A DNA stretch of 63,345 bases, the filler included, from Collodictyon triciliatum (taxonomy: Eukaryota): assembly GCA_043381765.1 (NCBI GenBank). It is 11 parts of 11 records of this genome, joined end to end, with 100 filler letters (N's around TTAATTAATTAA, not from the genome) between each part and the next. Parts side by side here need not be neighbours in the genome. Positions count along the whole stretch, not along the records: positions 1 to 6,151 come from JBHJMP010004672.1; positions 6,252 to 12,398 come from JBHJMP010004674.1; 9 more parts are not named here. The stretch is one strand, 5' to 3'. Under the pieces are notes generated by a model. The model saw nothing but the letters and a program-made list of their open reading frames with translations, was not told the origin of the DNA and ran no database searches. The translations under genes were made by a program, and so were the position numbers. This document shows positions 1-9,812 of this stretch, in pieces; position 1 is the stretch's first letter, and each line of letters opens with the position of its first letter.

Positions 1-3000
1 GCGCCACTTCAATGGCAAGGCTCCGTCTCCCTTCATTCTTCTGATCAGAGTAACTGCAATTTGAGTGTCTGTTGAATTCATCAATTGATTCAATGTGTCG
101 GGCTGTGAGGTAATGTCATTAAGTGAGCGCATACCCTGGGCTCTGAGTGCGTCCTGGATTTGAGCCCAATCAGTTCCGGCAAGAACGCCACCGATTAAAT
201 CTGTATTACGCCTTAAACCACCATCGGGTGCCCTTGGTCCGAGGAAGCTGTTAATGTAATTGTTGAGTAAATCAAGCAGCTCAACGAGTTCGGGTGATGC
301 GGCAACGGGTGCGGGGCCTGTAGCTCTGCGTCGGTCACCTCTGCGGGGCAATGGCGCAAACTGTGTACTAGATGTAAAAATATTTCTCTGCATAACATTG
401 CCAGGAAAATTATCTGCGGGTGGTGCTGCTGCTGGGGCTGCTGGACGGTTTCTGTACACAATTCGCTCGACTTCACGGACGGGCCCAGGGACTTGGACTT
501 CACGGACAACTTCACGAGTTTCCCCAGGAATAATAATGGGCGGCCCGCGCACAGGGACCTCGACTCTTTCTGTGCGGACAACTTCACGGACGGGCCCAGG
601 AATAACAATGGGTCGATTGGCGCCGAGTGGGGCTTGGGGTCTAACAAGTAATTGCTGACGAGCTTGGGCTAATTCACCTTCAAGATCTCGCACACGGGCT
701 TCGGCTTGAGTTTTTAAATCTAAATCTGCAGCTCTAACTTGATTTAATGCTGTACGTTCTGCTGCAAATGCTGTACGTTCTGCTGCAAGCTCATTTTCAA
801 ATCCTGCGCGCTGTGATTCTATTTGTTCTTGAGCACGTTTAACATCTCGTTGTTTCTTTTCAAGTTCTCTGGAAATATCGGCATTCTCTCGATATAAATC
901 TTGAACTCTAGCTTTTTCAGTTTCAATAGTTCCCCTAAGTTCTGTAATTCTATTTTCGTTTACAAATACTTTATTTTGTTCAGTTCTAAGTTGCTCTTGA
1001 AGTCTACCAATAGTTTCATTACTTTTGCTAATTTGAGCTTGTATTGTTTGTTGGTCAACTGTAAGAGCATTTAAATCTGCTTGTAATTCATTAGCTCTAG
1101 CATCAGCTAAATCATATTTTTCTTGTAATTGTTCATTTTGTACATTCAGTTCGTTTAATCTTTCAGTTAAATTGTTTATATATTCATCAGCCTCTTTTAT
1201 CAAACGATTATATTCATTTTGGGCTTGTCTAATTTTTTCTCTCTCTTGGTCACTAATAAATATTGATTGAGTTAGTCTGTTATTTGTTATTTGTAACTGT
1301 TGTTCAAGGTTTGCTTTTTGGGTATTTGCAGTTTCAAGGTCTTGTTGTAATTGAAATGCTCGTTGATTAGCAGCTGTTAGTCTATCTCCTTGTTCACTGA
1401 CTTGAGCAGCAAGCGTTTTATTTGTAACCCCTAGAGCATCAAGTGCTGTTTTTTGTCTATCAACTATCTCTCTTAGTTTTTCGACTTCAAGTGAAATTCT
1501 GGGTGTAATTGGAAAATTAATAGGGGACGTTGCAGCACTTCGGGGTGAAGGATCTGGACTAGAATCAGGAGACCCGCCGGGTGCGCCGGGAGCAGCAGCT
1601 ACTTGTTGTTGTTGTTTGGCAGCTGCTAATTCATCTTGAAGTTTGGTAATTGTATCATTTAACATTCCGATTGTTTCATCGTTGGTTCGATTTTTCAAAT
1701 TTGCATCTCCTTCTAAATCAAAAATTTTTTTTGTCAAAATATCTACAAATTTTTGATGATCTGCTTCTAATTGTTGAACAAAAACTCTGTATTTTGGGTC
1801 TTGTTTAAGTTCTTTGATAAGGTCCTCATTCTCTTGAATTTGTTCAGTTAATTTTTCAATCTCTTTCACCTTTTCATCTAATCTTTGATTAAATATATGT
1901 TCCGTCTCTATTAATTTTTTGTCCGTTTCTTCAATCACTTTTTTATATGCATCTTCTGCAGTTTTTAGGGTATTTAAATTAGCTTCTATTTGTGCTTTTT
2001 CTCTTTCAAGAGTTGCAATTTTTTGTTGTAGTGTCCTTTCAGTCTCACTTATTAACAGTCCTCTTATTGGACTGCGTTGTTGTTGTTGAAGTTGTTGAAG
2101 TTGTTGTTGAAGCGTCTGTATACTACCTCTTGCTCTATTTAAATCTGCTTGTAATTCATTGTTTGCTCTTTGAATATTATCCATATCTCTAACTTTATCT
2201 CTTTCTAATGCTAATTCTCCTCTAAATTCCTCAATGTCTTCATATGCTTTTTTTATATCTCTGTGAAGATCTTCTTTTTGCTTTGCTAAAAATGCAACTC
2301 GTTTCTTCAAATTTTCAAATTCTGTAGGATCTATTTTTGGTTTGTCTAATTCTTTTTTTAATTCCTCTTTGGCACGGGTTGTTTCAGCTTCGTTTTTTTT
2401 TATATCTCTTTCTAATTGTGTTAATCTAGTAGATTTAGCACTTGTTTCTTCAAGAAGTTGTTTTTTTATTGCTAGTTCATTTTCCAAATCTGCTTTTAAA
2501 TTTGCTATTTCTCTGGATTTTCTTGTATTTTCATCGGAAAGTTTACTTACTTCTTGCATTTTTCCTGTAAAAATTTTATCCAACTCTTGATACTTTTCTA
2601 ACAATTTATTGTATTCCTCTTTTAATTTTTTTAATTCATCCTCACGGCCCTTTAGAGCTTGTTCTAATCCTGGTGCATTTGTTTTTTGTAATTCTTCTTT
2701 TAATCTTTTAATCTCTGCTTCATGAGCACTTATTTTTTTTTGTGCTTCTGTAAGATTATTTTGTGCTTGTAAAAGTTGAGATTGTGTTAGAGTGTCAAAA
2801 ACTGGTGTAGGTTGTCGAGTGCTTACTGACTGTGCTTGTTGTGAAGGCTGTTGTGCAGGTTGTTGAGTGCTAACTGATGCTTGTTCTGAACCTGTATCGT
2901 CTTGAGAAGTTAAACTTCTTCTAGCGGTACTAATAACTGCAGATGCAGTTGCGACTGCACCTCTACCAACTAAAGAAGCAGCACCCAGACTAACATTTAG

Positions 3001-4119
3001 TAAACCACTGCCAAGCGCACTAGCCCCTCGTGATAAAAAATTTGGCGACGCTGATTGACTTCTTTCTGTAAACTGAATCGATTCTGTTTTAAATTCAGCG
3101 GAAGACTCTCTAGCGGATTGAGATCTGCCCCGCACAGGAGTTAAAACATTTTCTTCTGTTTTTATCTGAGGGGTTGGGTCTGGGTTAAGTTCTGTTTTTA
3201 TTCGTTCGTCGCGGGGTGGACGTGCAGCAGGCATTTTAAACTGAGGACCTGGAGTTTTTCCGGCATTCTCCTTTCTTTTGCTTTCTAATTCAGCTGCAAG
3301 TCTAGCTGAAGCCTCTACTTCTGAAGAAGTTTGCTCGCTTGATTCTGTTGGTGTACGTGGTGTTAGTGTAGGTTGTTGATAGTTTGGTAGTAAATATGTT
3401 GCCATCTCTTCTCTCCATATATCATACAATTTATTAGCAGATAATTGTGTATTTCCTTTATATCCTATAAGATCTAATAAATGTTTAAAGTAATTTCTAT
3501 AATACACTGGGTCATTGGCTATGTCTGTATCAGAATGTATACTGGTTCGGGCAAAATCAATAACATCTTTTTTATTTTTAAATACCTGTCTGTAATTAAT
3601 TCGCTTAGTAATAAGTTGCAAATAGTCCATTTTTGTTTGTTTTGACTCTCCTGGAGAAAATGTAAAATGAAATTTATTTAACATAGCTTCGAGTTCAGCA
3701 GTTCTAAATTCATTTATATCAAAATATTTTTGTCGGAGTATGCTTGTTATTTGATCCAGAGTTAAATTTGAAACATCTCTAGGTGTTCCACTAGGTGATT
3801 GTTGTGGTTGAGCAAATACTCTAGGACTAGGACCAGCAGAAGCAGGCGCAGAACCAGGCGCAGAACTAGGAGCAGATCTAGGAGCACCCATCGGGTCCTC
3901 ATCATATTCAATATCAAATGGAGCATCTGCAACTATTCTGTTAGCAATAATTCTACCCGCAACGCCCTTGGATGGCCATTTTCCAAATCTTTGATAATAT
4001 AATTCTCTTAAATTGGCTACACGGTCTTTATCTGATAAATCTTTATATTCATCCAGTAATTCATCTCTCACTTGTTCTAATCCCAGGGTTTTAATATCTT
4101 CTTCTGATAGTTTGACCAT
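1..4119 (-). CDS. Very large coiled-coil/low-complexity hypothetical viral protein, at least 1373 aa, 3' end beyond the window start
   Basis: ATG at 4119 (MVKLSEEDIKTLGLEQVRDELLDEY...). The frame is open at every segment I spot-checked down to position 1 (...IAVTLIRRMKGDGALPLKWR). Long E/K/Q/L heptad stretches (e.g. QKANLEQQLQITNNRLTQSI) are separated by P/S/A-rich linkers. It is absent from the ORF track because it has no stop in the window. Confidence 0.8.
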   Translation of the reverse strand, partial: MVKLSEEDIKTLGLEQVRDELLDEYKDLSDKDRVANLRELYYQRFGKWPSKGVAGRIIANRIVADAPFDIEYDEDPMGAPRSAPSSAPGSAPASAGPSPRVFAQPQQSPSGTPRDVSNLTLDQITSILRQKYFDINEFRTAELEAMLNKFHFTFSPGESKQTKMDYLQLITKRINYRQVFKNKKDVIDFARTSIHSDTDIANDPVYYRNYFKHLLDLIGYKGNTQLSANKLYDIWREEMATYLLPNYQQPTLTPRTPTESSEQTSSEVEASARLAAELESKRKENAGKTPGPQFKMPAARPPRDERIKTELNPDPTPQIKTEENVLTPVRGRSQSARESSAEFKTESIQFTERSQSASPNFLSRGASALGSGLLNVSLGAASLVGRGAVATASAVISTARRSLTSQDDTGSEQASVSTQQPAQQPSQQAQSVSTRQPTPVFDTLTQSQLLQAQNNLTEAQKKISAHEAEIKRLKEELQKTNAPGLEQALKGREDELKKLKEEYNKLLEKYQELDKIFTGKMQEVSKLSDENTRKSREIANLKADLENELAIKKQLLEETSAKSTRLTQLERDIKKNEAETTRAKEELKKELDKPKIDPTEFENLKKRVAFLAKQKEDLHRDIKKAYEDIEEFRGELALERDKVRDMDNIQRANNELQADLNRARGSIQTLQQQLQQLQQQQRSPIRGLLISETERTLQQKIATLEREKAQIEANLNTLKTAEDAYKKVIEETDKKLIETEHIFNQRLDEKVKEIEKLTEQIQENEDLIKELKQDPKYRVFVQQLEADHQKFVDILTKKIFDLEGDANLKNRTNDETIGMLNDTITKLQDELAAAKQQQQVAAAPGAPGGSPDSSPDPSPRSAATSPINFPITPRISLEVEKLREIVDRQKTALDALGVTNKTLAAQVSEQGDRLTAANQRAFQLQQDLETANTQKANLEQQLQITNNRLTQSIFISDQEREKIRQAQNEYNRLIKEADEYINNLTERLNELNVQNEQLQEKYDLADARANELQADLNALTVDQQTIQAQISKSNETIGRLQEQLRTEQNKVFVNENRITELRGTIETEKARVQDLYRENADISRELEKKQRDVKRAQEQIESQRAGFENELAAERTAFAAERTALNQVRAADLDLKTQAEARVRDLEGELAQARQQLLVRPQAPLGANRPIVIPGPVREVVRTERVEVPVRGPPIIIPGETREVVREVQVPGPVREVERIVYRNRPAAPAAAPPADNFPGNVMQRNIFTSSTQFAPLPRRGDRRRATGPAPVAASPELVELLDLLNNYINSFLGPRAPDGGLRRNTDLIGGVLAGTDWAQIQDALRAQGMRSLNDITSQPDTLNQLMNSTDTQIAVTLIRRMKGDGALPLKWR

Positions 4120-4155
4120 AATACATTAGCCAATATAAATTTTCTGCGTAATAGT

Positions 4156-4515
4156 ATGATCGTTGATGTTAGGAAGGGAGCTAGGGGAGTTGGTCGATTT
4201 CTCACGCGACACACAGAAGGTGCTTTACAGAAAATACGAAAACTGGACGATGCGTATATGGATTTGAATAAAGCGTCGGGTGGCTTGGTCGAACTTGGGC
4301 TGCAGGGCACAGGGCTCAAGCCTGCGTTCCAGACAATAGCTAATCCGCTGGTGACGGCAATCACGGCAACCAATATGCTCGGCCGTGGTTTGTCGACGCT
4401 GGGAAAAACAGACTGGAACTTGCAGAACGCTAGGAACATTGGCTCGGGCATCCAGGACATCGGCCAGGCCTACGTGCTTGCTTCAACTGGAAATGCGTTT
4501 AGGCCATATTCTTAA
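4156..4515 (+). CDS. Small Gly-rich, basic, amphipathic hypothetical viral protein (119 aa), possibly structural
   Basis: Clean ATG-to-TAA ORF packed between the giant ORF and the capsid gene, in the same orientation as the capsid gene. Confidence 0.65.
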   Translation: MIVDVRKGARGVGRFLTRHTEGALQKIRKLDDAYMDLNKASGGLVELGLQGTGLKPAFQTIANPLVTAITATNMLGRGLSTLGKTDWNLQNARNIGSGIQDIGQAYVLASTGNAFRPYS

Positions 4516-4536
4516 ATTTTTTTTCTATGTATTGTT

Positions 4537-6117
4537 ATGGCAGATTTTCCGACAGAAGCAAAGTACATGCGTATTAAAAATTACAATGACAAAGTTTTGG
4601 CAAGACACACAACCAGAATTAGTCCGTTCAATGGTTCCGTATTTGGACCAAGAGCAATTGACCGAATACTTTTTAATATACCTTCCGAAACTGGAATGGA
4701 AATTGATATGGACACTTTGATGTTTCACTTTGACGCTCAAATCGATTTGGGTGCAGATTTAGCTGCTAATACCACTGCTAGAGTTATGTTTTTGAATTCG
4801 ATTGAATCGGTCATTCAAACTCTCCGAATTAGGAAAGGCACATCTTTTTTAATTGAGGATATCCAACGGTACAATTACCTTGATTCAATGTTTATGAATT
4901 ATCTTAGTGATGATTATAATAAGTGTGTAGGAAATGCAATGATGGGGATTGGGCCTGTTACTGATAGATTTACACAAATACCTGCTGGATCACGATTAAA
5001 TACTAAAAAGAATTATTGCATTCCGTTTAGATTGTCGGGTATTTCAAATTACAGCGGGTTGATTAGCACCTCATTGATTGACCAGGTGAGTGCCTTCCAA
5101 TTTGAAATTGAGCTGGCCCCTGCAGCAGATGCAATTCAAGTGAATCGGGACGATATTGCTGCGGGCACCGTGGCTGATTTTGGCAAGGCACCTGCTACTT
5201 CAACTTATATTTTGAATAATTGTTATCTTAGTTACGACCTAGTAAGAATGTCACCGGATTATCATGCTCAGCTCCAATCAAGTATTAATCGCGGAATTCC
5301 TTTACAAATTCCATATAAGACCTGGCGCACAAGTATGTATTCAATTGACGGAACAAATACTACATTTACTCTAAATATTAATGACACGGTTAAATCTTTG
5401 AATAGTGTGTTTGTTGCATTCTTTCGGCAAGATGAGCAAGGTAAACTAACAATTAGTGGTAAGGACAGGAAACACAAGCCTGATAATTTAAAGACAGTTC
5501 AACTGCAGTTAGGTTCATTTTATTATCCGTTGCAACCCTGTGATTGTGAGCGACAAGCTACTCAAGCTTTTCTCGAGCTTCAGAAGGCGCTGGGTCTTGC
5601 ATTTGTCCGGTCAGAGTACAACGGGCCTTATGGATTTGAAGGTAAATATTATTCACAGACTTATCCAAATACCAGTGCGAATTTAGTCACACCGAATGGG
5701 TTTGCTGAAAACGCGCCCACTGCATTATTAAATCCTTTTGGTGTTGCTTATACTGCTCCAATAGGTCCAGCAGATGGAGTGGCGTATAAAACAAATTATG
5801 ACGGTGTTGGCCACCAAGCCGGTGGAAATATAGCGCACAATGCTGCTAATATTGCTAGAGCGCCTAGATTTGCTACAGAAGCAGGAGGTAGTCCGTGCAC
5901 AGAATTCCTAATCGGGTTTAATATGCGGAAAGTTCTCGATGCGACGGAAGGGGAAATAGTCGGTACAGACATCCAGTCTTCCGGATCTGGTTTGATGACA
6001 TTAAGATTAGAATTTAATCAGGGTGGTCCGGGCGTTGCATATAATATCGTCGTTGCTTCGCTGTATGATGCCGTACTGGAAATTCAATCCAACCAACAGG
6101 CATTCCGTGTAGAATAA
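4537..6117 (+). CDS. Major capsid protein, double jelly-roll, Polinton-like virus type (526 aa)
   Basis: Motif order matches what I recognise from PLV capsids: SPFNGSVFGP..RILFNIP, IDMDTLMFHFD, SVIQTLRI..G...IEDIQRYN, QFEIELA, SLNSVFVAF, QLQLGSFYYP.QP, AFLELQKALG, FLIGFNM, YDAVLEI. Beta-rich and intronless. Confidence 0.8.
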   Translation: MADFPTEAKYMRIKNYNDKVLARHTTRISPFNGSVFGPRAIDRILFNIPSETGMEIDMDTLMFHFDAQIDLGADLAANTTARVMFLNSIESVIQTLRIRKGTSFLIEDIQRYNYLDSMFMNYLSDDYNKCVGNAMMGIGPVTDRFTQIPAGSRLNTKKNYCIPFRLSGISNYSGLISTSLIDQVSAFQFEIELAPAADAIQVNRDDIAAGTVADFGKAPATSTYILNNCYLSYDLVRMSPDYHAQLQSSINRGIPLQIPYKTWRTSMYSIDGTNTTFTLNINDTVKSLNSVFVAFFRQDEQGKLTISGKDRKHKPDNLKTVQLQLGSFYYPLQPCDCERQATQAFLELQKALGLAFVRSEYNGPYGFEGKYYSQTYPNTSANLVTPNGFAENAPTALLNPFGVAYTAPIGPADGVAYKTNYDGVGHQAGGNIAHNAANIARAPRFATEAGGSPCTEFLIGFNMRKVLDATEGEIVGTDIQSSGSGLMTLRLEFNQGGPGVAYNIVVASLYDAVLEIQSNQQAFRVE

Positions 6118-6133
6118 AATATTGATATAAGTA

Positions 6134-6151
6134 ATGGAACCGATTACGATA
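6134..6151 (+). CDS. Probable start of the next viral ORF (MEPITI...), cut by the contig end
   Basis: ATG 16 nt after the capsid stop codon; only 6 codons are visible. Confidence 0.3.
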
Positions 6152-6251
6152 NNNNNNNNNNNNNNNNNNNNNNNNNNNNNNNNNNNNNNNNNNNNTTAAT
6201 TAATTAANNNNNNNNNNNNNNNNNNNNNNNNNNNNNNNNNNNNNNNNNNNN
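6152..6251. other. Artificial contig-joining linker N44-TTAATTAATTAA-N44; recurs at 12399, 18647, 24895, 31141, 37387, 43626, 49870, 56111 and 61890
   Basis: The same 100-nt spacer, with stops in all six frames, occurs 10 times. Confidence 0.98.
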
Positions 6252-6316
6252 TTTGTCTTCTTTGTCTTCTTTGTCTTCTTTGTCTTCTTTGTCTTCTTTG
6301 TCTTCTTTGTCTTCTT
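6252..6316. repeat. (TTTGTCTTC)n microsatellite at contig start
   Basis: Direct inspection. Confidence 0.95.
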
Positions 6317-6809
6317 TTTTTTTGTTTTGTTTTTTCTTTGTTTATTTGTTTGCATCTGTTATTTATCTCTAGTTTGACAGTTTGAGGTGAAAAATCTATG
6401 AACTTTTGCAAAGAACTGCTTTCAGCTTTGTAATTTCTGTACCACTTGCAGGATAAATGAAAATATTTTTTTGATTTTTTGATTTTTTTTTTACAACGAC
6501 TTAACTAAGACAGGAGTAAATACTTGATTTCCTTTATTCTATTGACGCAGCATATGCTTTTCTAAAAATATAAATAAAAAATGTACTCTTGCAGATTAAA
6601 CTTTCAATGGAGGAGAGGTTTGTCAATTTTTTGTACAATTAAATGTCTCCAAAAGACTTTGGTGATTAATTGCTATTTCCTACCCTATGTAGGCTAATTA
6701 GTGTAAATGTTTGTCTAAAAAAAATGCGATCACATTCTTTTTTCCTTTATATGATACAAATTAATGCATTATATTCTGTAAATCCCAAAAATCTACATAA
6801 TCTAGCCGA

Positions 6810-9800
6810 ATGAAGATGAAGTTAGAGGAAATGCCAAGGCGTGACTTGGGACTAGCTATCTCTCTCTTCGTTGCTTTTTTCATTCTCTCTCTTTTAGTTG
6901 GATTTCATGGTATTAGCTCTATATTTCATTCCTATTTTTTTTTCAAAGAGATATCCAAAGTCGAGGGCTATTGTTTGATTTTACATTCATGTATATTTAT
7001 AATCAATCGAATCAGGCCCGAATGTTTACCACACAAGTTCTCTGTTTTCATACCACTGCACAGACGGATCACTCGTCTACAACGAAACCGTATGCACGGG
7101 TCATTATCTCGGTCAGGTGGCTTATATTTTTGCCGTAAATCGCATCAAAACAATTACAATATTTTGACCATTTTAAAATTTGCCATTGTATTTACAAACA
7201 CAATGAACTTTACAGAAAAACGCAAATTTTGCTGCAACCATTAATAATCTAGACAAACTCGATCGAGAACTTGACATATCTGTAGAGTTTGAACACAAAG
7301 ACTACAAGACCTTATGTAAGTTTAAAATTTACAAATATTTTAAGTAATTGTATGTAATTGTTCAAAAAAATTACTGTACACAAACGAACCCTTCAACTTA
7401 CGTATGTTTTTTTTCATTTTGGAACAAGCGATTGAAACACAGATTGAAATGGAAATATGGGTTGGTGGCTGTAATGAAAAAAATGGAGATTGCAAAATTA
7501 TCAACAGGAAGGATGGATTCATATACCACAGAAAAATAACTTGTGAAAAGGTGATTTGAATGCTGTGTGTTCTTTCCGAAATAAATATGTATTATTGTCT
7601 TGTATTTCTGAATATAATAGTCATGTTTTTTCGAAGCTGGTATCTCATGCAAAATTGAAAAAAATTAACAGGGGAGCTTGAAATGCAAATCGAGTAGACT
7701 CTTTCATATCACCTTTCTGGAATACAATTATTACTCCATGAATTTGACCATGATGAATGATAATCCATGGATGCAAAATGCAAAATTCAACGTAAGTTTT
7801 TGTAGCAGAGTTCCTCATGAATACTATTTTCCCTCAAACGTTCTAACTGTGTTACTGACCAATACTGAATGAATCAACGAACTCGAAATACTGCAGTTTA
7901 GATATGTGAACGAAGGTTTTACTGTTTTCGAGTTGTGGTTTCGGATAGTGTTTACGATCATGTCTGTAGCTATGTTCATTTGGTTTTTCGCTTCTATGAG
8001 TCGTGTTTCAATATACGACTGGACACTGGAACAAAAGTCTATAATTTCATGATTATGATACCAGGCTCAAAAAATGATGTTTATATCTATAGTTTGGTTA
8101 ATATTCGCCTCAAAATTATCGGCTTTTGCACAATTCTTATTTTAGTTGGTAAATATTAGATGGATGATAGCATTATCAGTCGGTGTCATATTCTTAAACA
8201 GTATGCTTAAGTCTGCATCATATGATGTGCATAATATGAAATTTTGACTAATGAATACTTATTGGGGGAAAAATCTGACTAGGTTATTTTAATATATGTA
8301 ATCTGCAGACCCATTTTTTGTATTTACTATGGCGAGTGACCATCTTCTTCCATATGTGATGGACATTATCTTCATGTTCGGATTCGTGGCCATTTTGCTT
8401 AATTTCTGGCTGTGTCTCTTGGATGGACTAAGGAAAGTACGCTTGTAATTATGATAAGTAGCATGTATAGAATTTATTTACTTTTGTTATATCGTAATTT
8501 TTATTGTTTTTTTTCTTTTTTGAAATTTCGGATAACATCGCTTGGTGTAGAATTCAACTTTACGAACCATACGTCGCTTCTACCTTCCTAAATTTGCTCT
8601 CATTGGACTTCTTTGGATTTTTGCTGTCGCTGCTTTCTCGTTAATTAGGTAAGTATTGCCATTCTATTTTAATAATCATAAAAATTGAAAGAATCGCTAT
8701 GATCTCATCTATTGTCAACCTGTCGACAATCTTTACAGCAAGTATCGAAATGATGACCCTGGATATGACCCATCAGAAGATGTGGAGAGTGTCAAGGTTT
8801 GATGACCTATCCTATCGAAAATACGAAAACACCGACAATACATATACAATCATTCACATCATTTTACGGAATCAAACCAGGTGCTTCTTGGATTTTACTT
8901 CTTTCTTGTAGTATACTACATCATTTGGCTTCTATATATTATTTACAAAGCGCTGCGTGATGTTTCAAAAGTTCAAGTATTTAATTTTGCACATTTTTTG
9001 GCCCAATTGTTGACAATTTATTGTCCAATTATCACTTTAAAGTCCAATCACATCATCGAATCTTTTTTGAGCTTTACCATCTGATAGCATCTTAGACTTC
9101 GTGTTCGAATGTTCTTGTCCTTGAAGTTTTCCGTCATATTGATTACCATTATCGGACTTCTCGCTGGTGCTGTCGATACTTTTAACAACAATGGTAAGAT
9201 CCGCGAGCACCTCATATGTTTGGAATATGTCGAGTGCTTAATAAAACAACTTATCCTTTTGGGGGGAAATATGTCATCGCCTTCCATCCTATGAGTGGCA
9301 AGTTCTCAAATATGAAGTGAATTTAGTTCCTGTTCTAACCTTATAATCACATGCGGTGGTGGGGTTTTCAATAGCTGCTTCGTTTTTGGTTTATTTCAGC
9401 TTGTTCAACACATACGTGTGTCTCATGTGCTATCTATACTCGCCTGCTCGTTATCTGTATGACAGTAAGCCTCTCACAAATTCAACCACAGAATTGTCCA
9501 CTTTTCTTTGATGAGAATGATTGACGTTTTGCCTATTTGTAAACCTAGACACTGCAGCTCCAAATGGATTCATGATGTCCAGGTGAGCAAGAAAGAAAAC
9601 GGATAGATTCTGCCGATGCAAACCTTGGTTATATATTTATATATTATTTGGTATTCAGGTTGGACGAAGAGGATGATGGCGCATCAGAGGCCGAATTTGT
9701 TCAGGTCGAAATTGACCGAGACAGTCCCCATCATAATGCCCATGTGTTTGATGATGGTACTAATTTGAATCATCAAAAAGAAAAAATTATAAATTCTGCC

Positions 9801-9812
9801 ACCACAACTTGA
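6810..9812 (+). CDS. TMEM181: TMEM181/GPR178-like (Wntless-related) multi-pass membrane protein, many introns
   Basis: Exon translations include MKMKLEEMPRRDLGLAISLFVAFF, ELWFRIVF, LLNFWLCLLDGLR, RFYLPKFALIGLLWI, DPGYD, VYYIIWLLYIIYKA and FLVYFSLFNTYVCLMCYLYSP. GT-AG introns; stop at 9810-9812. Confidence 0.8.

Larger units (their letters stand above)
1..6151. mobile_element. Fragment of a Polinton-like virus (PLV) or related double-jelly-roll dsDNA virus; integrated versus free cannot be determined
   Basis: Intronless and gene-dense (gaps of 36, 21 and 16 nt between ORFs), with no microsatellites, unlike the other contigs. Contains a PLV-type major capsid ORF. No host flank or terminal inverted repeat is visible. 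Confidence 0.75.

Noticed and set aside
6196-6207. TTAATTAATTAA recurring about every 6.2 kb as a possible biological motif or target site
   Set aside because: It is always centred in 44+44 Ns, so it is a six-frame-stop linker added when contigs were concatenated.
6117-6810. Virus integrated next to the TMEM181-like gene, or linked to the TRIM-like gene
   Set aside because: They are on different contigs separated by linkers, so no physical linkage is shown.
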